Assembly: GCF_001194135.2 (NCBI RefSeq)
Contig: NC_068996.1
Location: forward strand, 5,118,619 to 5,173,376
Source: Octopus bimaculoides
Lineage: Eukaryota
DNA length: 54,758 nucleotides
Reading direction: 5' to 3'
Under the pieces are notes generated by a model, which worked only from the letters and a program-made list of their open reading frames with translations, did not search any database and was not told where the DNA came from. Every line of letters begins with the position of its first letter. The stretch's first letter is position 1. The translations under genes and the position numbers were made by a program. Shown piece after piece: positions 38,608 through 51,835 of the stretch.

Positions 38608-39745
38608 CCATATTGTCCTCCCAGGACCGCTGAATTTGTAGCCATGCGATTAGACTGTCTTTTTTTGTTGTTGTTAATGTTGTTATCATGATGATGATGA
38701 TGATTATCATCATCATGATCATCATCTTCATTACCATCTTCCTCCTTCGTCACTATAAACATTATTAATATCGCTATTGTTATTTAGCCCGAGGTCAACG
38801 CTGATAGAGCAATATCTACGATAAGAAGTTGTGACCATCTCATCTTTTAACCATGTCGCCATGTAATCTCACATGATTGTATGAGTTGAGGGAGATTTAG
38901 TTGCTATGTTTTAACAGTTTGAGGTTATTTTGTAGAGGATTGAGCTTTGGCGACTCGTGAGACAATTTATTTTTCCATTTTAACTGCATTTTCAGTCAGA
39001 GAGACTAGCTAATTTATATCAAATTGCAGGTTGTATATTTTAAAATCTTGATATATATAATTGATTGTTATCTGCATTGTTAAACTGATTCTACTGTTAT
39101 TTCCTTCAAATGAGTACAGAAAAATATCAGAACTGTCCCTGTATGAACATTGGAGGGGAGTAAATTTCTGGAAGTTTATTCCCTGATGAAATAATGAAGT
39201 TCATATAATCTTATGTCTTTACAAACTTGTATGGATTTGCAGACTTGTTCCTATTTTTATAAACTAACGTTGACTCAAAACCACAGTGGTTATGTAGTCA
39301 AAATCAGAAAGACTCGAGTTGAATTATTTGCAAACTATTAAAACGAAGTAGTTTCCATCACTATTTGTAGCCATTTCACTTAAGCCATTAATGCTCTTGG
39401 AGTAAGTCATTAACGTCACGCATGTGAAATATAGGTCTTTAATACCGAGTGGAAAACAAAAATTAAATTACAAAAAATGTCTATATACTCTTAGCTCTAA
39501 TGATATCCAACTTCTGTTTACTCCAGCTTGTCTTTTTTATTTTTACATCTACATGTTTTGAATAAAAGGCTAAAAATTGTCGAAAGTGGAAGAATAAATA
39601 TACTCAAATTTCAGGGCAAATTATTCATTCCACGTCTGTATAATGTTTTATATCTCTCATCCTGGGTTAACTGATGAAAGATAAAGTTTACTGACAATTC
39701 TGGAAAGTTACTGGGCTTCGTACTGCCTGTTTAGTTCTATTTTAG

Positions 39746-39844
39746 GATACCATAAAGACAGGTTGATTTAAGCTTGTAGCTGCCTTAAATGGAAATTAAA
39801 CCAGTAGCTGCTATTGGGGTTGCAAGTGGTAGCAATGGTACAGA
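39746..39844 (+). CDS. Candidate host exon with possible start codon (MEIKPVAAIGVASGSNGT...)
   Basis: Acceptor TTTAGTTCTATTTTAG, ATG at 39789 with an in-frame TAA just upstream, donor GA|GTAAGT at 39845. No homology recognised. Confidence 0.25.
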
Positions 39845-39935
39845 GTAAGTTGTAGTTAAAAGTGAAAGAACATTTTGAAAAATAAACAACAAAATAAAAA
39901 TCTAAAACAAAACTTGTGTGTGTGAGTTATTTCAG

Positions 39936-40018
39936 TTCAGAACACCAGCCATGATAACAACGGAACAAATGGATCTGAAGTAATCGCATGGAAGATGGCA
40001 TCGAGTGAATTGGACACG
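39936..40018 (+). CDS. Candidate host exon (QNTSHDNNGTNGSEVIAWKMASSELDT)
   Basis: TTTCAG acceptor(s) at 39935/39940, one open frame, donor ACG|GTAATT. No homology recognised. Confidence 0.2.
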
Positions 40019-40710
40019 GTAATTAATTTTGTAGAATGTCTGCTGTGATGAATTACATCAAAAGAACAAATTTAAAATTTAGGAAAAAAATATAATAAAA
40101 CATTCACAAATACAGCATAATTTGACCAGCAACTACATGCAAGAAGTTTTCATTAGCTTGATCTGTAAAGAATTAAAATGTAGTAATGGTTGGTGAACTA
40201 GACAAGTAAAAATAAGAAAAAAAAAAAAACACCGCAGATAACAAAACTGCGTAGAAATAACTGTCAAAGAGCGTGCCACCTCTTCTAATAATGACCACGC
40301 CTGTCTTCTACCGGCCATGACAGTCTTCAGGCTATGTCCATGAAATACTTAAACCGCCAGCCACATCTGAAAATAGGTTTGATCGCTCAATTAGTAAACA
40401 ATAGAAAATAAAGTTTACACAAGTCTGACTAATAGAAATATTAGGTATTCAAATATCTGCAATTATAGTAAAGAAGAATTGGTGGCGATGGTGAAAGCGG
40501 TGGTTCTGCGACATATTTGCATCGTTGAAGAATTTTCTGACTAAGATCATGTATATTTCAGGTAAATCAATCTCACAGAACATTACAAGCTCACAATTTT
40601 GACGTTGGTGTTATATTCGCTGTTTCGGCCCACGTCCACATTGCCTATCATCAACGGCCTGTCCATATTCATTTCATTTACTTGTATTGTTATGATCGTT
40701 GTTGTTGTTG

Positions 40711-40742
<32 letters not shown>

Positions 40743-42097
40743 GGTGGTGGTGGNNNNNNNNNNNNNNNNNNNNNNNNNNNNNNNNNNNNNNNNNNNNNNN
40801 NNNNNNNNNNNNNNNNNNNNNNNNNNNNNNNNNNNNNNNNNNNNNNNNNNNNNNNNNNNNNNNNNNNNNNNNNNNNNNNNNNNNNNNNNNNNNNNNNNNN
40901 NNNNNNNNNNNNNNNNNNNNNNNNNNNNNNNNNNNNNNNNNNNNNNNNNNNNNNNNNNNNNNNNNNNNNNNNNNNNNNNNNNNNNNNNNNNNNNNNNNNN
41001 NNNNNNNNNNNNNNNNNNNNNNNNNNNNNNNNNNNNNNNNNNNNNNNNNNNNNNNNNNNNNNNNNNNNNNNNNNNNNNNNNNNNNNNNNNNNNNNNNNNN
41101 NNNNNNNNNNNNNNNNNNNNNNNNNNNNNNNNNNNNNNNNNNNNNNNNNNNNNNNNNNNNNNNNNNNNNNNNNNNNNNNNNNNNNNNNNNNNNNNNNNNN
41201 NNNNNNNNNNNNNNNNNNNNNNNNNNNNNNNNNNNNNNNNNNNNNNNNNNNNNNNNNNNNNNNNNNNNNNNNNNNNNNNNNNNNNNNNNNNNNNNNNNNN
41301 NNNNNNNNNNNNNNNNNNNNNNNNNNNNNNNNNNNNNNNNNNNNNNNNNNNNNNNNNNNNNNNNNNNNNNNNNNNNNNNNNNNNNNNNNNNNNNNNNNNN
41401 NNNNNNNNNNNNNNNNNNNNNNNNNNNNNNNNNNNNNNNNNNNNNNNNNNNNNNNNNNNNNNNNNNNNNNNNNNNNNNNNNNNNNNNNNNNNNNNNNNNN
41501 NNNNNNNNNNNNNNNNNNNNNNNNNNNNNNNNNNNNNNNNNNNNNNNNNNNNNNNNNNNNNNNNNNNNNNNNNNNNNNNNNNNNNNNNNNNNNNNNNNNN
41601 NNNNNNNNNNNNNNNNNNNNNNNNNNNNNNNNNNNNNNNNNNNNNNNNNNNNNNNNNNNNNNNNNNNNNNNNNNNNNNNNNNNNNNNNNNNNNNNNNNNN
41701 ATATATATATGACCCCTCATATGGACGCAGGTTGTGTAAAGTCAACCTTATTTATATCGTTAGCAGACGAAAAAACATCTGCAACGGACGCCGGAACTGC
41801 CAGGTCACCTGACATAAACATGTGAGCTTTTCTGTATTATGCTTTCATATGAGAGGTTTTCTCAATGTAAATAACGTAGTATTCGGTGCTCTAACAATAA
41901 ACCCTACGTTAAGCTGGATATAAAGACTGCCTTTTGGTATTTAAACTGCTTTTGTCGCTAATAATTATAACTACATAAATAATACACACACACACACACA
42001 CATACATGTAGATACAATCACATACACACACACGCACATATAATAGAGAGAGAGAAAGAGGAGTAATGTTTATTGCCACTTATTTGCTTGTTATATA

Positions 42098-42201
42098 CGA
42101 GGAGCGTATGAAAAGTCTTGAGCCTCAAAGAACAAAACATGCTACAAGACTTCTGATGAAGATACAAGACTTCAAGGCTCAAAACTTTTCATACATCCTC
42201 G
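42098..42201. mobile_element. Tc1/mariner-type MITE (104 bp)
   Basis: TA|CGAGGAGCGTATGAAAAGTCTTGAGCCT ... AGGCTCAAAACTTTTCATACATCCTCG|TA: about 27-bp TIRs and TA TSD. Confidence 0.8.
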
Positions 42202-42278
<77 letters not shown>

Positions 42279-43979
42279 ATTTATATGAATGTGTGTATAT
42301 AAATATATATATATGAATTTATATGTGTATATATATATATATATGCATTTATATGTATGTATATATATATGCATTTATATGTATGTGTATATATTTGTAT
42401 ATATATATATACGCATTTATATGTCTACACACACGCACACACATATTTATGTATGTATGTATCTATCTATCTATATATATATATATATATAAATGAACGA
42501 AGGAATGGTTGAATATATACATAATGTCAGTGTGAAAGTAGAGAACAGCTTTTCTTCGAAACCTGTTATATTACAATCTTGATTATTCAGGATTTGTCAT
42601 AGTCTCTTAATTACCATTTATGCTTGGTTTTTGATTAGCAATGAGTTCAACCTAGGTATAACATTATGTCATTTTAAATGTTGGCGTTGAGGCTTTTATC
42701 AGTGATAACATTGTTTTCTAAATCATTTTCCTACTTAACGCAAAACTCGCAGACAACACATCATTACAAAAGATTAAATTGGAAATGAGATTGTGAAACT
42801 ACAGAAACATCTGATTTACAAAACAGCTTATAAAGGAGTCGTTAGGAAATACAAACTTCCTTAGTAAAAAAAAACAGGCTTCATAGACACGTGTTTGTCA
42901 TACATACATACACACATACAAATCAGCATGCATACATACATTCATAGATACATACATATAGACAGATACAAAATACATGCATGCATACACATATATACAC
43001 AAACACATGTAAATACATACGTTCATGTACACATACGTACAATTATATGAGTCTGTGTGTTTGCGTGTGTGTGTGCATGTGTGTGCCTGTATGTATGTGT
43101 GTGTGTACATGTGCGTGCGTGTATGTGTGTGTGCGTGCGTGCGTGCATGCGTGCGTGTGTGTGTGTGTGTGTGTCTGTGTGTGTGTGTGTGTGTGCGCGC
43201 GCGCGCGCGTGTGTGTGTGTGTTTACACATTTGACCATAGTGTGTGAGCCATTATAAGTTTACTTTCAGACTTTTCAAGCAACAAGTATGTGCAGAAATC
43301 TAAATTAATCATAGATGGGTTGAACGTATGATTTTGATCAATTATACCAACACGGCTAAAAACAACGGATGATCAGTTATATTTTAACGTGTAGTTTTTA
43401 TGCCAATTAATCTGTGGCGGGATGCTGTATAGAGTTCTTGTGCAAAATACAGAGATTACTTATGATGTTTTTAAATATACAGTAAATGAAAATTCGTGTT
43501 AATGAATCTAACATCAAGCATACATTGATATATTTCTTTGCAAATTTCAATTTATTTATAATATATATTAAAAGTATACTTTGCATTTTAGCTTTTTTTT
43601 TTTTTTTTTTTTTTTTGTAGTTCATTGAAAACCAATTTTATGGGCATGATTAATGAGAGCTTATGAAATGGAATTATATTTCCAGTTCAGTTTTACAAAA
43701 TAGAAACGTTATGTAAGGCTTTATATTAATTCGGGGTTTTAATATTTTTTTTCTTTATAAGAGTCTTACAAATCATGTATAAAGAAAAAAGGCTCAGAGT
43801 TTTGTTTAAAATTTTAGCTAATTTAATAAATATTATAATTAGTAATTGAATAATTATTATACAAACCATACATAACATATGAACTGAATGAAGGCTATAG
43901 ATTTTTTTTTAAATTTTCGCGTTTTTAGTTGCTGTTGAACGAAAAATATTCTAGTTGTATTTTTGGTATGAAAAACTTC

Positions 43980-45000
43980 GCTCATTTCATGTGTACTAAC
44001 TGATCAACACGAAGATCTTTAAAACTACAGCTTTTTTTTTTCCATTTTCATTGTCAGTACGTCTGGAAACCAGAATATATTCATTTTTCTGTTTATCGTG
44101 TTTCACTTTAACTACAGCATGGATGCTTGTCAAAATGTTTGCCCTCCCAAATTCCCTCCAAGTTTCCAATTACTTTCATGCAACTGCAGTTGGGGTGGGG
44201 AGTTCCAAAAGATCAAATAGAGTTGATGTAGCCTTGTAAGAGTCAAGTTGAAGTTCCCTAGGATGATCAACTTCCTCCAATTTACATCCAATTGTATTTG
44301 GGGAAGGGATTTCTAGTATTCTTGTATTAGCGAAATAACATGCCTGATTTAAGTCTGCTAGCGTTAATTTCTTCCACGTTCAACGAACCTCACAACGAGC
44401 AACAACACCTGAAGACGGATATAAGATATCTGTGTACTCAACATCAAATGCGTTAAACATGCTTATCACACCAATGATGTCCCCTGCATCCTTCTCATCA
44501 CATTACACCCTCCTTCTGTCCAGATATTTTCTAGGTCTTTCATTATCCTCTTTTTCAGTATTGTACGATAACTTTCAATCGCTTCAATTTGAGCTCGAAC
44601 TGATCATTATTACACATGATGTGTCGACGCCCCCAAGCAAAGAAGTAGGATAGCCCAAGACATATAAATAGAGGTAGTCTAGCCGTGGTAGAGAGTTGAG
44701 TGACTGTTGAGTAGCAGTCGTGTGGCGGTTGAGTAGAGATCATCCGAAGGTGCTAGATAGTAGTAGCTTGAGACATAACAACACATAGTGTTAATGCAGT
44801 GATCAGTACAACAAACCTAATAAAACGGTGCGCACAATGGTATGCACAAACTTTCGCGGAGTGAAAATTCCTAAACTGGTTTCGAAGTGAACATTTTACT
44901 GATGTTAAACAACGCCTTCTTCCGATACAGAGGTGAAATCTAGTTTGAGGTCTTATGTCATTATCTAGCAACATCTGTCTCATTGTAAATGCTTCAGAAT
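43980..45000 (-). mobile_element. Fossil DNA transposase, probably Academ-like
   Basis: After removing the LTR the minus frame reads RRV*CDEKDAGDIIGVISMFNAFDVEYTDILYPSSGVVARCEVR...FANTRIL, resembling the RDE.DV...NPF....L..ISSGVVA...F...RL motif I recall from Academ-type proteins. Confidence 0.45.
44617..44780 (+). mobile_element. Solo LTR, copy 2 (164 bp)
   Basis: TGATGTGTC...GACATAACA (TG..CA, imperfect terminal inverted repeat), TATAAATAG at 44663, TSD ACACA at 44612-44616 and 44781-44785. Confidence 0.85.
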
Positions 45001-45973
45001 TTCTTTTTGGTGCTTTTCCAAGCTTTGAATAAATTATTTTAATACTCCAAATATTTGCTTCAATTTGTTTTATGAATTTTTCACAGAAGTATAGCTATCT
45101 TTTCATATAAGCATAAGCTATCTTTTATTCATTTGATAATTTTTATATCACTTTTAACGTTCCATAGTTTATTTTAATTATAAATATCTACTGAGTTTTC
45201 ATGAAACGAAAAAGTCAAAAGCGTGTGTATATGTGTGTGTCTGTGTGTGTATACATATATATATATGTATGTATGTATATATATGTATATGTATATATAT
45301 ACATATATATATATATATACATATGTACACACATATATATGTATATATGTGTATATATATATATATATATANNNNNNNNNNNNNNNNNNNNNNNNNNNNN
45401 NNNNNNNNNNNNNNNNNNNNNNNNNNNNNNNNNNNNNNNNNNNNNNNNNNNNNNNNNNNNNNNNNNNNNNNNNNNNNNNNNNNNNNNNNNNNNNNNNNNN
45501 NNNNNNNNNNNNNNNNNNNNNNNNNNNNNNNNNNNNNNNNNNNNNNNNNNNNNNNNNNNNNNNNNNNNNNNNNNNNNNNNNNNNNNNNNNNNNNNNNNNN
45601 NNNNNNNNNNNNNNNNNNNNNNNNNNNNNNNNNNNNNNNNNNNNNNNNNNNNNNNNNNNNNNNNNNNNNNNNNNNNNNNNNNNNNNNNNNNNNNNNNNNN
45701 NNNNNNNNNNNNNNNNNNNNNNNNNNNNNNNNNNNNNNNNNNNNNNNNNNNNNNNNNNNNNNNNNNNNNNNNNNNNNNNNNNNNNNNNNNNNNNNNNNNN
45801 NNNNNNNNNNNNNNNNNNNNNNNNNNNNNNNNNNNNNNNNNNNNNNNNNNNNNNNNNNNNNNNNNNNNNNNNNNNNNNNNNNNNNNNNNNNNNNNNNNNN
45901 NNNNNNNNNNNNNNNNNNNNNNNNNNNNNNNNNNNNNNNNNNNNNNNNNNNNNNNNNNNNNNNNNNNNNNNNN

Positions 45974-46282
45974 GTTTATTGAGCAAAAACACCTAAAGCT
46001 CCACGAGGCTCCGGCAGGGGATGGTGGCGAACCCTGCTGTACTCTTTCACCACAACTTTCTCTCACTCTTACTTCCTGTTTCTGTTGTGCCTGTAATTCA
46101 AAGGGTCAGCCTTGTCACACTGTGTCACGCTGAATATCCCCGAGAACTACGTTAAGGGTACACGTGTCTGCGGAGTGCTCAGCCACTTGCACGTTAATTT
46201 CACGGGCAGGCTGTTCCGTTGATCGGATCAACTTGAACCCTTGACGTCGTAAGCGACGGAGTGCCAACAACAACAACAACAG
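45974..46282 (+). mobile_element. SINE family D, body and 3' tail (head presumably in gap)
   Basis: Ends CGTCGTAAGCGACGGAGTGCC plus (AAC)n. Recalled as a common octopus SINE body. Confidence 0.6.
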
Positions 46283-46309
46283 CAAGGGAACCTAAAATTT
46301 TGCTAATAA

Positions 46310-46700
46310 TAGGAGAAATGAGAGATTATGTTCCGGCGAATGTTCTTTCCGTCGAAGTACGTAATCTCTTTCGCAAGAGTTTCCTGTCGGGAGATGAGCG
46401 ACAGCTTCCAAAAGTCCTTGCGGAAACTACGGAAAGTAGTACCCGTTCAGGTTAAACTCTGCAGACATGATTGCATCATCCAAGATGCCAGCAGAATGAC
46501 AAAGCCAATCTGTATACAGTCACTGTCGAAACTTCACTGACGTTTCCATGTGATAAGTTCTTGTAACATGAAAAATTAAATACGCTTGTCAACCTTGCCC
46601 TCCATTTCTTGGCTGGCAGTTTTATTCTGCTATGGCGAAAGATGGAACAAACTGTACTCAAGAGACAGAATACAAAAAGGTCTTTTCCGCTCTGAGAAAA
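46310..46700 (-). mobile_element. Possible fossil APE endonuclease (CR1/L2-like)
   Basis: Frameshifted LDDAIMSAEFNLNGY..FRKD resembles WL...I.D.E..I.GY..FRKD. Confidence 0.3.
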
Positions 46701-47189
46701 AGTTTCCTTCATTAAACCTTCTTTAATTTTTCTTCTTTTTTTGTCCGACACTCAACAGGCGTTTATTGAGGGTTTTTGTTTTTCTTTCTCGCATCTTAAT
46801 GCATCACAAACCAAATATGGCATGATGTGTATAAATCTCAGAAATTTATTCATTTATTTATTTGTTTATTTATTTCTGTTACAAGTGACAAATGTTATGG
46901 TACCTATCAATGAACATAGCTTGTCCTAGATTAGCTAGAGAGTGTAATTTACACAAGGCGGGGGTGTAGTAGAAACTTTTTGCGAAGAATTTGACCTTAA
47001 AAAAAAATGTAGTTATTGCATCGTTTCTATTTAGCTGTTGTTGTTGTTGTTGTTGTTGTTTATGTTTTAGTAATCTGTGCTCAGCATAATCCTGAACGGA
47101 TTCATATTAATTAAGCGTTTACTACTAAATACTGAGAAATATTTTCGTCTCCAAAATGTCAGTTCCCATTCAACGTGGCTGCTACTGCT

Positions 47190-47193
47190 CACA

Positions 47194-47238
<45 letters not shown>

Positions 47239-47810
47239 AAATACTACTACTACTACTCTTTACTGTTGATATCGTTGTTGCTTTTTTGGATCTGGTTGTT
47301 ATGGATGATGATGGTGATGATGATGATGATGAAGAGGAAGAGGCGGGGAACAGGAGCAGGATGGATGACGATGGAGATGGTGGTGGTAGTAGTGGTGAGC
47401 ATGAAGGTGGCGGCGTAAGTGGTTGTGGGTTTACTGGTGATGGAGTGGTGGAGGTGGTGGTGACGTTTACACCGTTGTTATGATGGTAAGGGTGGTGTTG
47501 TTGTTTATGATGATGACGATTAAAATGTTGACGATGTTAAGATGACGACATTTATGGTGACGATGGCAACGACATTGATGAATATGATGATGATGATGAT
47601 GGTGGTGATGATGATGATGATGATGATGATAATGGTGACGACGACGACGACGACGACGACGATAGACACAATCATGATCATGGTGATCATGAAGATGGTG
47701 GTGGTGGTGGAGATGCTGACAGTTGCGATGATGATGATGATGATGACAACGTCGACGAATGACAGTGATGAACATGCCCTCATCGTTGTTGTTGTTGTTG
47801 TTGCTGTTTA
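47190..47810. repeat. Mixed trinucleotide low-complexity region (CTG, GAT, GAC, GGT, GTT)
   Basis: Direct reading. Confidence 0.85.
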
Positions 47811-48600
47811 CCCTTGTTTTATACTGGTAAATGTCATTCTTCTATCAGGGCTATAGAGTTAGAGGTTAGTTTTGCAGTGTAAGTGTCGGGTATCAATCCC
47901 AGCCTCTGATTCGCTCACCAGGTGCAGCTCTATGAATTAGTGTTTACAACCCCCGCACTGTCCTTAACAAACTAGTCAATACAACACACACACACACACA
48001 CACACACACTTACATATCGCCTACACATGTGTGTACGCACACATCCCAAAGAGATATTTGTGTACCTCAATTCCCGTTTTGACAAGCAAAAATACAAAAT
48101 ACAAAGCCAAGAAAAATTATAAAATAAATTGAAAAAGAGACAATTACTTAAAGAATTTGACGCTCTTTTGTAGTAATCATTGTTGTTGTTGTCGTTGTTG
48201 TTGCTTTAGGTTATATATTATGTATGTTGTTTAGTTGTTTTGCTTCTTGCTTCTGTTTATGTCCTTAGGTCTAATGAATTTCTCTGTTTTCTGGAAGAAA
48301 TGCCCCAGATTCTAACAACTCCACCATTCCTGTTGTTGGTTGTTAATTAGTAAATTATAAACGTTTTACCGTAACAGATTCAAGAAACATGCCTGATACA
48401 CAGAATGGATAAATGCTCCTCATGCATAGAAACATAGACACACATTGATACATAAACAAAACGCACGCACACACACACACACTCACATACATATACATAT
48501 ACACACAGTACATTGCTTATATATTTCCACGCGCACTCAGATGAACGTAGATGTATTTGTGTATAGCGCGTTGTCGTCAGATACATGGAAGAGATATAGA

Positions 48601-48820
48601 CGAGGGGATACAAAAAAGCTCCTGGCTTTAAGGGTGTCGTGAAAGGTCTGGTTGGAGGCCCGATCTTCCGAGACTTTTACAGGGCTTAGAAAAACTGAAG
48701 GACTGCTGCAGTAAGTGTGTGAATATGTGAGGGGAATATTTTGAATAAAGTCATAACAAACTGATCCTCTTGTGTTTTCCTTTATTCAAAGCCAGGAAAT
48801 TTTCAGCACTCCCTTCCTCG
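48601..48820 (+). mobile_element. Mariner deletion derivative/MITE retaining the transposase C-terminus
   Basis: CGAGGGGATACAAAAAAGCTCCTGGCTTT ... AAAGCCAGGAAATTTT...CCTCG|TA. Internal LQGLEKLKDCCSKCVNM*GEYFE* resembles the mariner GIEKL..RW.KC....G.Y.E end. Confidence 0.8.
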
Positions 48821-48957
48821 TAGGTTAGGAGTAAACATTAAGAAAGATAGACGCATAGACAGAAAGGAGATTAAGGAAGGAATAGACAAATAGACGGATA
48901 GATTGAGAGAAAGAGAGAGAGAGAGGGGGGGAAGAGAGAGAGAGAGAGAGAGAGGGG

Positions 48958-48993
<36 letters not shown>

Positions 48994-49155
48994 AAGAGAG
49001 GGTAGACAGACAGAGACGGTCAGATAGAGAGACAAGGGGAGGGACAGAGAGACAAGGAGAGGGCAGAGAGACAAGGAGAGGGACAGAGAGACAAGGAGGA
49101 AGATATTGAGTGATTTTTGACAAACTGATTGTAAATTAAGATGTTTGTATGTGAA

Positions 49156-49241
<86 letters not shown>

Positions 49242-49849
49242 TGTGTGTATGTATGTGTGTGTGCGCGCGCGTGTGTGTGCGCGCGCGTGTGCGTGCTTGC
49301 CTTTATAATTTATTATATCAAAGCTGACGGTCTGCTTTTATTTTGTCTCAGGACTGAGCTGCTGACAACTGAGAAGCTTACAGTTTTCTTAACGGTGGGT
49401 AGACCTTGGACGAGCCTGTGTAGTTGGGGCGGTTAATGCCTTTGGATACTAATATAAACATGTATTAAGAAGTATCTAGAGTTATTGGTACGGTGTGGAT
49501 GTATACGTGGTGACACACCTGCTCTCTTCTAATTGCATTATCTTGGGCCTTTAGAGAAATTTCCAAGGAAGTGGGACGACTTTTGTTTCGGTTTAAGGAA
49601 CAGGACGTAACCGACATTTTAAAGGCAGGTTAAATGGTTAAGATTGGTTCTGTTCTGGTTCAGAGGACAAATTCATAGTCTTCTAAAGGTTGTCTATGGT
49701 GATCTGATGGGAGGGGGTTGTTCGCGTTGAATGGGCAAAAGAATAATGGACGACATGCGGCCCAAATTTTGTATAAATGGACATCATTTACTGACACGTA
49801 GAAAACTTTACTGATAAAAATATATACATTAGTCATTTATCGCTATCTG

Positions 49850-49854
49850 TCTCC

Positions 49855-49898
<44 letters not shown>

Positions 49899-49944
49899 TT
49901 ATTTATCTATCTATCTATCTATCTATCTATTTATCTATCTATTC

Positions 49945-49976
<32 letters not shown>

Positions 49977-49987
49977 GTCTATTTATT

Positions 49988-50064
<77 letters not shown>

Positions 50065-50140
50065 ATCTGTTAGTCTGTCTGTCTATCTATCTATATATCT
50101 ATCTATCTCTATATCTATCTATCTATCTATCTATTTATCC
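49850..50140. repeat. (TATC)n/(TC)n microsatellites
   Basis: Direct reading. Confidence 0.9.
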
Positions 50141-50355
50141 GTCTGTCAGTCAGTCTGTCAGTCTGTCTAGCTGCCTATTTATTTATCTGTCTATCTAAAA
50201 GGCTTAGAGACAAATACTTTCCTCTCTGGTCAACTTCTCATCAACTTCTTCAAATATTACGTGAAAAGGAAGATAAGAGTAGACAGGAAAGTTTTATCTC
50301 ATGGAAGGTTTAATAATAGGTGCTATTATGCATATACATATATATGTAAACAATA

Positions 50356-50761
50356 TGAAAGACCACTATGTGGATCCCTTGTATGCCAGAAATAGACGTC
50401 ACACCGTCTTACCACGAAATCTGTGTTCTCAGCTTAGTAAGACGCTAGATGCTTACGAGCTAGACAAATGAGAAGAAATAAACGTAGCACTTAATTCCAT
50501 ACCTTAAGGTTTCGACATGAACAATTCAATAATTGTCTTCTCAATGAAATCGGTGCTGACACAACAATGGAACTGGACACCACCCGTCTCCGTGAGTGAA
50601 TACGAATGTACAGAGTTCCAATGTCATGTATTTAAATTTCGATTCAAACGTCCTCGTATTAGCGCGTTGAACCAGAAAATAACTGCAATGAATGATATTT
50701 AGAGGTAAGAAGGTTTGACGTCTATTTTTAGCATACAAGGGATCCACATAGTGATCTCTCA
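50356..50761. mobile_element. Non-autonomous DNA transposon (MITE) with about 55-bp TIRs
   Basis: TGAAAGACCACTATGTGGATCCCTTGTATGC...CGTCTTACC is the inverse of GGTAAGAAGG...GCATACAAGGGATCCACATAGTGATCTCTCA. Confidence 0.8.
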
Positions 50762-50903
50762 CAACGTCTATATTTAAATAGAATTCACAGTCCGCGGAAA
50801 TTTTTAAGTATGCTGACCGCTGGTTGAAATTAATATTATTTAATGATATTAATTTCTGTTATTTAATTTCATATATTTGTGTTCTCTAGCCAGTTGATTC
50901 ACT

Positions 50904-51165
50904 GACGTTTGAATCGAAATTTAAATACATAATGTTGGAACTCTATACATTCGTATTCTCTCACAGAGACGGGTAGTGTCCAGTTCCATTGTTGTATCAG
51001 CACCGATTTCAGTGAGGAGACACGGACAATTATTGAATTGTTCATGTCGAAACCTTAAGGTATGGAATTAAGTGCTACGTTTATTTTTTCTCATTTGTCC
51101 AGCTCGTAGACATTCAGCATCTTACTAAGCTGAGAACACAGATTTCGTGGTAAGACGGTTTGACG
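50904..51165 (-). mobile_element. Partial inverted second copy of the 50356-50761 MITE
   Basis: Reverse complement of about 50397-50652 with scattered substitutions. Confidence 0.85.
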
Positions 51166-51172
51166 GTTATGG

Positions 51173-51592
<420 letters not shown>

Positions 51593-51594
51593 TA

Positions 51595-51655
<61 letters not shown>

Positions 51656-51656
51656 C

Positions 51657-51714
<58 letters not shown>

Positions 51715-51835
51715 CCATAATACAATAAAAGAAAAATGTTATCGTACTTAATTGTGACTGCTGGTGCCAAAGCACCTATATTTCAAGAAATAAGTTTAAA
51801 ATTCTTAATGTTGTTAGAGATGCGCAACATATATA

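Noticed and set aside
47175-47856. Poly-Ala/Asp/His/Met ORFs
   Set aside because: Translations of mixed trinucleotide repeats, open in several frames on both strands.
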